Origin: Promethearchaeota archaeon
GTDB taxonomy: Archaea; Asgardarchaeota; Lokiarchaeia; Sigyniarchaeales; SOKP01
Assembly (NCBI GenBank): GCA_048941285.1
Contig: JBHLNS010000013.1
Coordinates: forward strand, 1 to 64,000
DNA length: 64,000 nt
Direction: 5' to 3'
How positions within the stretch are numbered: position 1 is the stretch's first letter; each line of letters opens with the position of its first letter. The notes below the pieces were generated by a model. The model was given only the letters and a program-made list of their open reading frames with translations. It ran no database searches and was not told the DNA's origin. A program made the translations under genes and the position numbers. This document shows positions 37,718-47,663 of the stretch, piece after piece.

Positions 37718-40582
37718 CTAAATTTTTACTTCAATATATGCCTCAATGAGTTTATTATCGATTTTCAATATCTTCGGTTCTTTCTTACCTTCCATTTTTT
37801 GAATAATGCTATTAGCTTGAACCATCTTCTTGATATATTCTTCATGTTTCTCAACTGCTTCTGAAATAACTTTATCATTAATTTGTAAATATAAAGTGAT
37901 TCGATTTTTCGTTGAGAGATTGAGTTGTTTTCTGTAATTATTCAAATGTCTGATTAGATTTCTTACGATACCTTCCGATCTTAATGACGGTGTAATTTTG
38001 GTATTTAAATCTACAATAAGTTCTGCATCATCTCTTTTTTGAAGAGTTACCTTTTTAACATTTATAGCATCAGCTACAATTTTTAAATATTCATTTTCGA
38101 GGGTTACTCCTTGCAGTCTAACCTCACTTAAGACTTGTCTCACTGGAATTTTAGCGTTATCTCTTAATTCAAACGATCTTTTTACTATATCCCTTGTTAA
38201 TTCCATGTTTCTAATAGCTTCATTATCAATTAATTCTGTATCATATTCCGGCCAAAACTCTAAATGAACCGATTCTAAACTAACAATTCCTCTTTCGCTC
38301 AATTTCTGATATATCATCTCAGAAATAAATGGAGTTAAAGGAGCTAAAAGTTTTGCTAAATTTTTTAATACATACGACAACGTATTCACTGCTGCTGATT
38401 TTTCATTAATCTCTGCACTTTTAAATCGATTTCTGCTGTTTTTAATATACCATGTGGAGAGATCTTCAATAAAATTGAAAATTAATCTACTGAACTCTGC
38501 TGTGTCATAATCATCCATTAGTTGCGTACCTTCTTTTATTAGCCTATTTAATAAACTAACAATCCATCGATCTAAGATATTATCTGAATATATTTTATCT
38601 GCATTAAACTTATCAATATTAGCCATTGAGTAAAACTTTAGAACATTAATCATCAATAAATTGAATCTTCTGTAGATTTGTTTCACTAATTCCTCTTTAA
38701 AGCTTAAATCTTGTGCCCTCATTAGTTGAGATGACATAAGATAAATCCTTAAAGCGTCAGCTCCATATTTTTCTATGATTAGATTTGGATCTGGATAATT
38801 TTTTTTGGATTTTGACATTTTAGTTCCGTCTTCGCCAAGTAAATTACCATTTACGACAACATTTTTAAAAGGAATATTATCAAATAGCAGAATTGATATT
38901 ACATGCATATAGTAAAACCATGCTCTTACCTGACCAATATACTCTGACACAAAATCACTCGGAAAATTTTTTTCAAACCAGTCAATATTTTCAAAAGGGT
39001 AATGTTTTGCAGCATACGGCATTGAACCCGATTCCAACCAACAGTCAAATACCTCTGATATACGATTCATAATTTTACTGCAACTTGAACATCTAAGATG
39101 TATTTTATCAACTATGTGTCTGTGTAAATCCAGATCATCTTCAACTTCTTCTATTGCATTATCTTGTAATTCTTTCACTGATCCAATTACTTTTATTTCA
39201 TTACATTCCTCACATTCCCATACGGGCATTGCTGTCGCCCAAAACCGATTTCTTGAAATACACCAATCAGGAGCTGTTTCTATTATCTTTTGATATCTAT
39301 AAGAAATTTCTTTAGGATACCAGTTTATAATTTTATTGGTTTTTAGGAGTTTTGGTTTTATTTTTTGAATGTTTATAAACCAAGCATCAAGAGCATTATA
39401 AATTAAGGGTGTATTACATCTATAACAGAAAGGATATGAATGTGTGTAATCTTCTGATTCGTATATAAGATTCCGACGATGTAGATCAACCAAGACTTCT
39501 TCATCTAAATCTTTAAACCATAATCCAATCCATTCTTTAGGGCCATCAGTCAATTTGCCATGCTCATCAATATGTTGAATTACTGGAAGATCATACTTAT
39601 TTATCATATCATAATCATATTCACCATAAAGTGCAATATGTATTATTCCTGTTCCTTCATCAGATAAGACTTCATCACCACCATCTATAACAATATGGCC
39701 TTTTTTGTCGCTTTTAGTAGAAATATAGTATAAAGGTTTATACCTTTTATTTAATAACGCTTTTCCTTTAAATTCTTTAATTATTTCATATTCCTCATTG
39801 ATGATTTCTAATTTATTTTTTATTAAGATTAAATATTCACCATCAACTTCTATTTTAACATATGGTTGATTACTATTTACAGCTAGAGCTACATTTCCGA
39901 TTAAAGTCCAAGGAGTTGTAGTCCATGCTAAAAGAAATGTCTTTGGTTCTTCTTTTAATTCAAATTTTGCTGTAATAGATTGTTCAGTAACTTCCCTATA
40001 ACTATTATCCATAGAAATTTCAAAATTAGAAAGCGGGGTTTCACACCTTGGACAATAAAACAATACTTTTTTACCTTTATAGACAAAACCCTCCATATAA
40101 ATCTTCTTAAAAATATACCACACAGTTTCCATATACGTATTATCCATAGTTTTGTATGAATTATCAAATTCTATCCACTTACCCATTCGTTCAACAGTTT
40201 TTTTCCACTCATTAGCATACCAAAGTACTTTTGATCGACAAAATTCGTTAAATTCTTCTACACCCATCTGATAAATTTCATTCTTCTGCTTTATATTTAA
40301 AGCTTTTTCACAAACACTTTCTATAGGAAGCCCATGACAATCCCAACCCCATTTCCTCTCACAACGTTGCCCTTTCATTGTCCAATATCTTGGGAATACA
40401 TCCTTTGTTACAATACTTAATATATTACCATGTTGAGGTAATCCAGTGGCAAATGGAGGCCCGTCATAAAATATATAAGGAATACCTTTAGGTCTATGCT
40501 CCACACTTTTTTCAAATATTTTGCTATCCTTCCAAAATTTTATTAGTTCTATTTCCTTTTCAATATATGATATTTTAAACAC
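37718..40582 (-). CDS. ileS: Isoleucyl-tRNA synthetase (type 2) with non-canonical HIGH motif QHGN
   Basis: FYDGPPFATGLP, GWDCHGLP, WTTTPWTL, WCISRNRFW, KMSKS. Confidence 0.95.
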   Translation of the reverse strand: MFKISYIEKEIELIKFWKDSKIFEKSVEHRPKGIPYIFYDGPPFATGLPQHGNILSIVTKDVFPRYWTMKGQRCERKWGWDCHGLPIESVCEKALNIKQKNEIYQMGVEEFNEFCRSKVLWYANEWKKTVERMGKWIEFDNSYKTMDNTYMETVWYIFKKIYMEGFVYKGKKVLFYCPRCETPLSNFEISMDNSYREVTEQSITAKFELKEEPKTFLLAWTTTPWTLIGNVALAVNSNQPYVKIEVDGEYLILIKNKLEIINEEYEIIKEFKGKALLNKRYKPLYYISTKSDKKGHIVIDGGDEVLSDEGTGIIHIALYGEYDYDMINKYDLPVIQHIDEHGKLTDGPKEWIGLWFKDLDEEVLVDLHRRNLIYESEDYTHSYPFCYRCNTPLIYNALDAWFINIQKIKPKLLKTNKIINWYPKEISYRYQKIIETAPDWCISRNRFWATAMPVWECEECNEIKVIGSVKELQDNAIEEVEDDLDLHRHIVDKIHLRCSSCSKIMNRISEVFDCWLESGSMPYAAKHYPFENIDWFEKNFPSDFVSEYIGQVRAWFYYMHVISILLFDNIPFKNVVVNGNLLGEDGTKMSKSKKNYPDPNLIIEKYGADALRIYLMSSQLMRAQDLSFKEELVKQIYRRFNLLMINVLKFYSMANIDKFNADKIYSDNILDRWIVSLLNRLIKEGTQLMDDYDTAEFSRLIFNFIEDLSTWYIKNSRNRFKSAEINEKSAAVNTLSYVLKNLAKLLAPLTPFISEMIYQKLSERGIVSLESVHLEFWPEYDTELIDNEAIRNMELTRDIVKRSFELRDNAKIPVRQVLSEVRLQGVTLENEYLKIVADAINVKKVTLQKRDDAELIVDLNTKITPSLRSEGIVRNLIRHLNNYRKQLNLSTKNRITLYLQINDKVISEAVEKHEEYIKKMVQANSIIQKMEGKKEPKILKIDNKLIEAYIEVKI

Positions 40583-40833
40583 CTATCCTACTTATTTTCT
40601 CTAATCTCAATCTTTTTAACTTAAAAATATTAAAAAATAATTTAATTAACATAATTTAGTTTATATCATAAATGTCGAGAGCTTTATTCATGAAGCAGGA
40701 TGTGGAGGTAAAAGCTAAGAAAATTCACTTCACAAATAAATGAATTTAGATAATAATAATCGTGGATATGATCATAATCATATTTTTCACAAAACCTAAG
40801 AATTTACTAACAATATTCATAGCATCCACATCC
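40580..40833 (-). promoter_or_regulatory. Putative attenuator leader of ileS with anti-SD element
   Basis: AUCCUGCUU (40701-40693) can pair with the SD region AAGUAGGAU (40593-40585); the overlapping UCCACAUCC (40706-40698) can instead pair with upstream GGAUGUGGA (40833-40825). Confidence 0.55.
40746..40820 (-). CDS. Putative Ile-rich leader peptide of ileS (MNIVSKFLGFVKNMIMIISTIIII)
   Basis: ATG at 40820, TAA at 40746-40748; 7 of the last 10 sense codons are Ile; lies directly upstream of ileS. Alternative starts at 40790 (GTG) and 40781 (ATG). Confidence 0.65.
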   Translation of the reverse strand: MNIVSKFLGFVKNMIMIISTIIII

Positions 40834-40901
40834 ACTTTATATTTTAAATAAGGTAAAATACTCTAAAAAATATTACGGTATTTTATCATTTTTTTTAAAC
40901 T

Positions 40902-42890
40902 TTAATCCAAAAATATATAGTGATGAGCAATTTTTCTTTTGTCTCTTCCAGCAAGAATATGAATATGTTTAATAGCTTTAAGAGAGTCTTTGCTAAAATT
41001 GTCGATTGAAATATAAACAAGTTCTCGATTTTTGATTCCAGCAAGTGAATAAAAATATTTGCGAGGGGGTTCTTTTGCAATATAAGCTACATATCGTTCT
41101 TTGGAATAAATAATAGCAGCTTTAAGCAAGCGTTCTGCTTTATTCTTTGTATCTTTATACTCATAGTCCAAATATGGGTCAAAAAGGGATCTGAGAAAAA
41201 TCGCTGGAAAAATCGAAAGTAATCCTCCAACTTCTACATGGGTAATCCCTGGACCAATGATAAAATCTCCCGGATTTGTTGAATAGAATGCCATATCGCT
41301 CTCTCTATCATGTTCTGCCCACCAAGTTAATTTATATGGAAAATATTCTTTTTCTCCATCGTCTTTATCAAATATAACTACAATTGTGTCGATTTTACCT
41401 TGAACTTGTTGAATGTTTTGCACGTAAATCTTCTTTTTAAAAGCCCAATTTCTAATAGTTTCTTTAATTGCAATTCCGTCCATTAAGCTGGATTTGAATT
41501 CCTCTATTTTAATTCTCTGATTTTTCAAATTTTTAATTGTTTTTTTTCTTATAAAAGCAAAATAATCCTCTTCTAAAGCATCCTCAGGAGGCCACGAAAC
41601 AGTATATTCTTTACCTTCTTCCCATCTATCTCTCCATTCCCCGGGATATTTTTCTTCAGGTTTTTTCTTTAAAGGCAATTCTCTCTCTTTTCCATAGTTA
41701 TAAGGAAGATGTCTTCTTAATTTTATATATCGACCACTAGGATCATACCCACCTTCCAATGACATCTTCAGAGTTTCATAATTATCACTTTCATCATTAT
41801 ATGGATATTTTGTAGCTTTATCCAATACTTTCCACGCATAATCATCGTCAACTATATTTTTTGATGCGATTAATAATTGAAATAAATTTGGTAGTAATCT
41901 CTGTTCCGTTAATGAAAGATTCCTTGAATATTGAAATAATGTTTTTAATTTATGGAGATCCACAAATTCTTTAAATTCTTCCTCAAAATCATATTTAGCT
42001 TTGATCAAAATTTTTCTAATATGCTCAATTTTATCAAACCGGTTAAATATTTTATAAAGTTCTTCGAGAGAATCAACCCTTTCTAATCTTTCTTTAGAAA
42101 ATTCTTCTTTAAATTTCAACCACCTATAGGTATGATATGGTAATTCTCTCAAAAGATACCTAGCGTCACCACTTCTTATGTTATAAATCTTTACGTATTT
42201 ATGAGGAATTAAATCTAATTCTACTTCTTGAACCTGCTCTGGGTTTTCTAAGTAATATTTTACGTTTTCCCAATGAGCCATACCAATAATAAGTAAAATT
42301 CTATGGTATATAGGCATCATTTTTAATAGATGAGCTGCCATATATTTTTCTCTAAGAATATCTTTTTGAATATAATCATACTCTTTATCATCTTTTAACT
42401 GGTTTTTAAGAAAATCTTTTAAGATTACTTCTTTGTTGGGAATATCTTTTCTATTCTTAGATTTCTTTATAAAATAATCAGATATTTGATGATAAAACTC
42501 TTGAAGACCGATTTGATTAATAGCATAATCATCTGGAAGTTTGAAACTTGGAGGTAAATACTCTGAGATGGAAAGATCAATAAATTCGATCGGAATATTA
42601 TAATCAACACCAATCTTTATTGCTTCCATAACTGAATCACCCGGATCTATTGGAATAAAATTTAATTTTTCTGGATTTAAGCTATCAGCATATCCAATTA
42701 AAGATAGAAAAGGTAATCTCTGGACAGCTTCAATCACTTCTTCTTGTATATTATTAGGTAATTCAACAGCGATTACATCCGGAAATACTTTAAATAATGC
42801 TATACGGACTAATTTAGCAAACTCTATTCGCGAATGGAATGTGGGAATGACATAGATATTTCTAAATTTAATATAGGGATTCTCATCCAT
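40902..42890 (-). CDS. Conserved hypothetical protein with TraB/EreA-ChaN-like N-terminal domain, partner of the MoxR ATPase
   Basis: PTFH...PDVIAVELP, REKYMA, IIGMAHW; starts 1 bp after the ATPase gene stop. Confidence 0.55.
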   Translation of the reverse strand: MDENPYIKFRNIYVIPTFHSRIEFAKLVRIALFKVFPDVIAVELPNNIQEEVIEAVQRLPFLSLIGYADSLNPEKLNFIPIDPGDSVMEAIKIGVDYNIPIEFIDLSISEYLPPSFKLPDDYAINQIGLQEFYHQISDYFIKKSKNRKDIPNKEVILKDFLKNQLKDDKEYDYIQKDILREKYMAAHLLKMMPIYHRILLIIGMAHWENVKYYLENPEQVQEVELDLIPHKYVKIYNIRSGDARYLLRELPYHTYRWLKFKEEFSKERLERVDSLEELYKIFNRFDKIEHIRKILIKAKYDFEEEFKEFVDLHKLKTLFQYSRNLSLTEQRLLPNLFQLLIASKNIVDDDYAWKVLDKATKYPYNDESDNYETLKMSLEGGYDPSGRYIKLRRHLPYNYGKERELPLKKKPEEKYPGEWRDRWEEGKEYTVSWPPEDALEEDYFAFIRKKTIKNLKNQRIKIEEFKSSLMDGIAIKETIRNWAFKKKIYVQNIQQVQGKIDTIVVIFDKDDGEKEYFPYKLTWWAEHDRESDMAFYSTNPGDFIIGPGITHVEVGGLLSIFPAIFLRSLFDPYLDYEYKDTKNKAERLLKAAIIYSKERYVAYIAKEPPRKYFYSLAGIKNRELVYISIDNFSKDSLKAIKHIHILAGRDKRKIAHHYIFLD

Positions 42891-42891
42891 T

Positions 42892-43842
42892 TTAATCTTT
42901 ATCTGATTTATTTACATATTTATCATAATAATCATTTGCATCATCAATATCTCTAAATATTTTAAATGAAAGTGATTCACTTTGTTTTTTCATAAATTCT
43001 TCATAATTTCCAGGTAAATATTTTAAAGCAGCTTCTTCTAATACTTGAATCATTGCATTTTCAAACAAATTTTTCTCGATTATATCCTGGTTTTCTTTAC
43101 TCATCAATCTCGATTTAATATAATATCTTAAAATATTGATGCCATCTCTAACGGTATAAGGTTCATCATGTATATGAGCATTCTGAAGAAAATCTGCACA
43201 ATATTCTAATAATTCCTTTGAAGCAAAAGGTAAATTATATTTCAAAATTTTCAACTCATCAACTCGATTTGGAAAATCAATGTAAATTTTAGGTTGTAGA
43301 CGGGACTGAATATATTCGGGAATTTCATATGTTGAGGCATCGGCATTCATAGTAACACAGAGCCTAAATTCTGGATGAGCATAAATTCTAATACCAGCAA
43401 TGATACTCTCAACATAACGTCTTTTATCCATTAATGGAGCTAAGGATGCCCAACTCTTTTCACTCATCCGATTTCCCTCATCCAATAAACACACTCCTCC
43501 CTTTATCATAGCTGATACTAAAGAACTTGCTACATAAGCTATTTTATTATCCGATGCAATAACAGGGCTAATTAATAAGTCTTCTGGACGAGTATCCATA
43601 GTACATTGAAATATGTACACGTCTTTATCTAATCTTCTTCCAGTGGCGTAAGCTAGGGTTGTTTTACCAACTCCTGGTTTACCAAGAATACGAGGATTCA
43701 AAGGCACATCATCCTTATCAACAATCATCCATGCTGCTTTTAATTGATTAATTAAATCATCGTTTCCAACCCATTCCATATCAACTTGTGCTGGGTCGGA
43801 TAAGATTAATTCAACATCTGATATTATGATTTTCTCTGGCAT
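42892..43842 (-). CDS. MoxR-like AAA+ ATPase
   Basis: GKPGVGKT, LLDEGNR, VTMN, SRL arginine finger. Confidence 0.88.
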   Translation of the reverse strand: MPEKIIISDVELILSDPAQVDMEWVGNDDLINQLKAAWMIVDKDDVPLNPRILGKPGVGKTTLAYATGRRLDKDVYIFQCTMDTRPEDLLISPVIASDNKIAYVASSLVSAMIKGGVCLLDEGNRMSEKSWASLAPLMDKRRYVESIIAGIRIYAHPEFRLCVTMNADASTYEIPEYIQSRLQPKIYIDFPNRVDELKILKYNLPFASKELLEYCADFLQNAHIHDEPYTVRDGINILRYYIKSRLMSKENQDIIEKNLFENAMIQVLEEAALKYLPGNYEEFMKKQSESLSFKIFRDIDDANDYYDKYVNKSDKD

Positions 43843-44123
43843 AATAATTCTTACATTCTATTGTACTAATAATGGTTATAAAAGTAGAGTATAAATAATT
43901 TTTCAAATTCAAGTTGAAATTATAATTTGTAGCAAATATATGAAAATCTCTTATTTAGCTCAAGTATAAAAAATATGAAATTATCTGATCTATAAAAAAT
44001 GGATATAATTATCAAAAAGATCTTTGAATTACTATATCTAGTTACACCATTATTCTCAAAACTATTAGTGTCTACAGACTTGGTTTACTACTATTAAAAA
44101 ATGAAGCATAAAATGAATCAAAA

Positions 44124-44552
44124 ATGAGAAGTATCGAAACTAAAATTAAACGCATTATTGTTGCGAAAATTGAACCAAATGAAGATTTAATTGATTCAAT
44201 TGTTGATCTAGTCAAAATTTATAATGTTAAATCTGGATTAGTAAATTGTATTGGAGCATTAAAAAAATTCACAATTGGTTTTTATGAAATTAATTCCAAA
44301 AGTTACAAAATGGAAACTTTTGATGAAAATGTGGAACTCATTAGCTGTATGGGAAATATATCATATAAAAACAAAGAACCAATAATTCACCTGCATGTGT
44401 CTTTAGGAAGGAAAGATTATTCGGTAATAGGGGGTCATCTGAGTCAACCTAGTATAATTTCTGTGACAGGTGAAATTAAAATACTAGAAATTGATCAAGA
44501 ATTAAATCGTGCAGAAGATCGGCAATTTAAATTATCACTTCTAGATCTATAA
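44124..44552 (+). CDS. PPC-domain (DUF296) protein
   Basis: IGAL...ELIS..GNI...HLHVSLG....VIGGHL. Confidence 0.9.
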   Translation: MRSIETKIKRIIVAKIEPNEDLIDSIVDLVKIYNVKSGLVNCIGALKKFTIGFYEINSKSYKMETFDENVELISCMGNISYKNKEPIIHLHVSLGRKDYSVIGGHLSQPSIISVTGEIKILEIDQELNRAEDRQFKLSLLDL

Positions 44553-44569
44553 AAGATGGATGTGTATTA

Positions 44570-45130
44570 ATGCAAGATAATAAGAATAGAGAATGGGCAT
44601 TAAAGATAGCAATACTAGGAGATCCCGCAGTAGGGAAAACTTCCTTAATTGAAAAATATATCACTAATTCCTTTAGGGAAAATTACCAACCAACTTTAGG
44701 TGTTAACATTATATCAAAAGATATAAGAATTGAAGAATTTAATTCCAAAATCCGCTTACTTCTATGGGACATCGCTGGTCAAGAAAAATATGAATTAACA
44801 CGTCAAAGTTTTTTTCAAGGCTGTGTCGGAGCATTTTTAGTTTATGATATAACACGTTATTCAACATTTGAACAGATAAAGATAAAGTGGCTTGAAGATT
44901 TCAAGAAATTTAGCAAGCCTAATGGAATTTATATTTTAATAGGTAATAAATCAGATTTAAAAGATTCAATTAAAGTGTCTTATGATGAAGCAAAATCACT
45001 GTCAGAAGAAATTAATGCTGTAGAGTTTTTAGAAACAAGTGCAAAATATGGTGAAAATGTCGAGGAAGCATTTAAAAAATTAGTGATGTTTATCTTGAAT
45101 AAAAATAGCGTAAATTCTAAAATAAATTAA
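44570..45130 (+). CDS. Rab-like small GTPase
   Basis: GDPAVGKT, YQPTLG, WDIAGQE, NKSD, ETSAK. Confidence 0.95.
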   Translation: MQDNKNREWALKIAILGDPAVGKTSLIEKYITNSFRENYQPTLGVNIISKDIRIEEFNSKIRLLLWDIAGQEKYELTRQSFFQGCVGAFLVYDITRYSTFEQIKIKWLEDFKKFSKPNGIYILIGNKSDLKDSIKVSYDEAKSLSEEINAVEFLETSAKYGENVEEAFKKLVMFILNKNSVNSKIN

Positions 45131-45174
45131 AAGAATGATATTAAATTAGAAGTATTGAATGAAATTAAAGCAAA

Positions 45175-45741
45175 ATGATTGGAGATTATAAAGGATTTGT
45201 AAAAAATAAGGTTGTAATAGCACTGCTTCAAGCTTATCATGATATACTTGACTATGATGGGATGAGATCAATCCTAAAGGAAGCAGGAATGATGTACATA
45301 AAGGATATAAGAGATAAAAATCCTAACGATACATTAGACTTTTTTTCTTTTAAAAAAATCATATCTGCTCAAAATTGTTTATTATTTGAATCCTCTGATC
45401 TCCTTTTTGAAATTGGAAAGAAATTCTCTTTTTATCTTTTTCCTTTTGGAAAAAGTTTTGAAGAAATAATTAACGAAATAAATTCTTCAATTATTACTGA
45501 TTGGAAAGTTAGTATTATTCAAAATAACGAAGATGAAATATCTATAAGTGTTAAACGATGCATCTTTTGTTCTGAGATTGGGGTTCCCTGTGACTTATTT
45601 AAAGGATTTTTGTTCAATTCATTACAAAAATCATTACCATCAGAACATAAAGTTATTTATGAAAAAGATATTGATGACATAAATGATCCTCAACATAATA
45701 GCTTCACAGTTAAACTAAAAATAGTCAAAAATATTAAATAA
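45175..45741 (+). CDS. V4R-like domain protein
   Basis: DGMRSILKEAG N-terminus; CIFC...PCDLFKGFL. Confidence 0.55.
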   Translation: MIGDYKGFVKNKVVIALLQAYHDILDYDGMRSILKEAGMMYIKDIRDKNPNDTLDFFSFKKIISAQNCLLFESSDLLFEIGKKFSFYLFPFGKSFEEIINEINSSIITDWKVSIIQNNEDEISISVKRCIFCSEIGVPCDLFKGFLFNSLQKSLPSEHKVIYEKDIDDINDPQHNSFTVKLKIVKNIK

Positions 45742-45859
45742 GTTAAAAACGAAAATTAAGTTATATATTTGAGATAATCAAAGAAATCCGTTTATAGTGA
45801 TTTTATAAAAAAATGGAAAAAGTATTAAATAGACCTATAACAAAATATTAAATTGGATA

Positions 45860-46414
45860 ATGACATCCGAAGAAGCTAATCTCGATCGAGAGTTCGTATA
45901 TAAAGTAGTCATTTTAGGAGATGCCGCAGTAGGTAAGACATCCTTAATAAATCAATTTGTAGAAGGATCTTTTAATGAGGATTACAAACCAACACTAGGA
46001 GCAAACATTGTTCGTAAAGATGTTAGCTTAGATAACACAAAAGTTAGATTAATACTATGGGACCTTGCCGGGCAAGAAAAATATCAAGTTGTTCGTAGCT
46101 TGTATTTTCAGGGATGTCAAGGTGCCTTACTTGTTTATGATGTTACTCGCTATAGCACTTTTGATAGTATAAATTCCAAGTGGTTACGAGATTTTAAAAA
46201 ATATGTTAAGCAAGAAGGAGTATATATATTAATTGGAAACAAATCAGATTTAACAGACCAAAGAGCAGTAACAAAAGAAAGAGGTAAAGAAATAGCCGAA
46301 AAAATTAAGGCTAGCCACTTTATTGAAACAAGTGCAAAATTGGGAGAAAATATTGAAGAAGCATTCATACTTTTAGTAAATCAAATCTTGAACAACCATG
46401 GTGTTAAGATTTAA
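45860..46414 (+). CDS. Rab-like small GTPase
   Basis: GDAAVGKT, YKPTLG, WDLAGQE, NKSD, ETSAK. Confidence 0.95.
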   Translation: MTSEEANLDREFVYKVVILGDAAVGKTSLINQFVEGSFNEDYKPTLGANIVRKDVSLDNTKVRLILWDLAGQEKYQVVRSLYFQGCQGALLVYDVTRYSTFDSINSKWLRDFKKYVKQEGVYILIGNKSDLTDQRAVTKERGKEIAEKIKASHFIETSAKLGENIEEAFILLVNQILNNHGVKI

Positions 46415-46501
46415 AAAGTTTTAATAGTTTTGCACTACTTGTTTTTGTATTAATAAATTGACGACTAGTCTTTTTAAAATATCCATATTAAAAGTATAAT
46501 A

Positions 46502-47653
46502 ATGAAAGAAACATCTCAAAGATTAGTAAATGCTCCAAAATCTGCTATAAGAGAGTTATTTGATCTTGCCTCTGGTCGATCAGATATTATTAGTCTTGGA
46601 ATTGGGCAACCAGATTTCAGGACTCCCGAACCTATAATACAAGGAAATATAAAAGCATTAAAAAACAATATTACTATGTATGCACCCACTAAAGGTGTTC
46701 CTGAGTTATTAAAATTAATAGAGAGGAAAGTCCGTAGTGTTAACAAGATTGATATAAATTGGAGAGAAAATATAATTATTACTAATGGAGCAAGTCAAGC
46801 TGTTACGTTAGCATACGCCTCAATTTTTAATCCCGGAGATGAGTTGATTATTTCATCACCAAATTTTGTATCTTACTTTTACTGCGCTTCATTTTTTGGA
46901 GTTAAAGTAATAGAGGTGGAGCGAAATAAAGATTTCAGCCCAAATATTGAAAAAATCAGGAACTCGATTACAAATAAGACGAAAGCAATGTTGATAAATA
47001 CACCTAACAATCCGACTGGTTATTCATTAACTAAACGAGATTTGCAAGAAATTACTGAAATAATTATAGAAAACGACCTTTATTTAATTACTGATGAAGT
47101 TTATGAAAATTACATATATGATGGGCTAAAACATATAAGCCCAGCTTCTTTAGAAGGCATGTTTGAGAGAACTGTAACTGTTAATGCAATGTCAAAATTA
47201 TATTCTGCTACTGGCTTCAGATTAGGATATGCTATTGCTTCGAAAGAAATAATAAACTTAATGGAGAAATATCATCAATATACCATTGCTGGGACAAATC
47301 ATGCGGCTCAGTATGGTTTTATTGAAGCACTAAAAATGGATCCAAATTTTTTTAATGAAATTTGGAATAGTTTCAACAAAAGACGAAATTTAGTGTATGA
47401 TCGGTTAAATGAGATTGGTTTTGATGTATTAAAACCAAATGGAGCCTTTTATATAATGCCATCAACTGCAAAATTCAATTTGAGTGGTTCTCAATTTTCA
47501 CAGAGAATAATGAAAGAACAAGCGGTCGCCATCGTTCCCGGAAATATTTTTGGGTCCTATTCAGATAATATGATAAGAATCTCTTATGCTACTGAATTAG
47601 AGAAACTTGAAGAAGCTATGAATAGAATTGAGAAATTTGTTCATAATTTATAA
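46502..47653 (+). CDS. Class I/II PLP-dependent aminotransferase (AspAT-like)
   Basis: LGIGQPDF, NTPNNPTG, DEVY, SKLYSATGFRLG. Confidence 0.93.
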   Translation: MKETSQRLVNAPKSAIRELFDLASGRSDIISLGIGQPDFRTPEPIIQGNIKALKNNITMYAPTKGVPELLKLIERKVRSVNKIDINWRENIIITNGASQAVTLAYASIFNPGDELIISSPNFVSYFYCASFFGVKVIEVERNKDFSPNIEKIRNSITNKTKAMLINTPNNPTGYSLTKRDLQEITEIIIENDLYLITDEVYENYIYDGLKHISPASLEGMFERTVTVNAMSKLYSATGFRLGYAIASKEIINLMEKYHQYTIAGTNHAAQYGFIEALKMDPNFFNEIWNSFNKRRNLVYDRLNEIGFDVLKPNGAFYIMPSTAKFNLSGSQFSQRIMKEQAVAIVPGNIFGSYSDNMIRISYATELEKLEEAMNRIEKFVHNL

Positions 47654-47663
47654 TTATGTCTAT

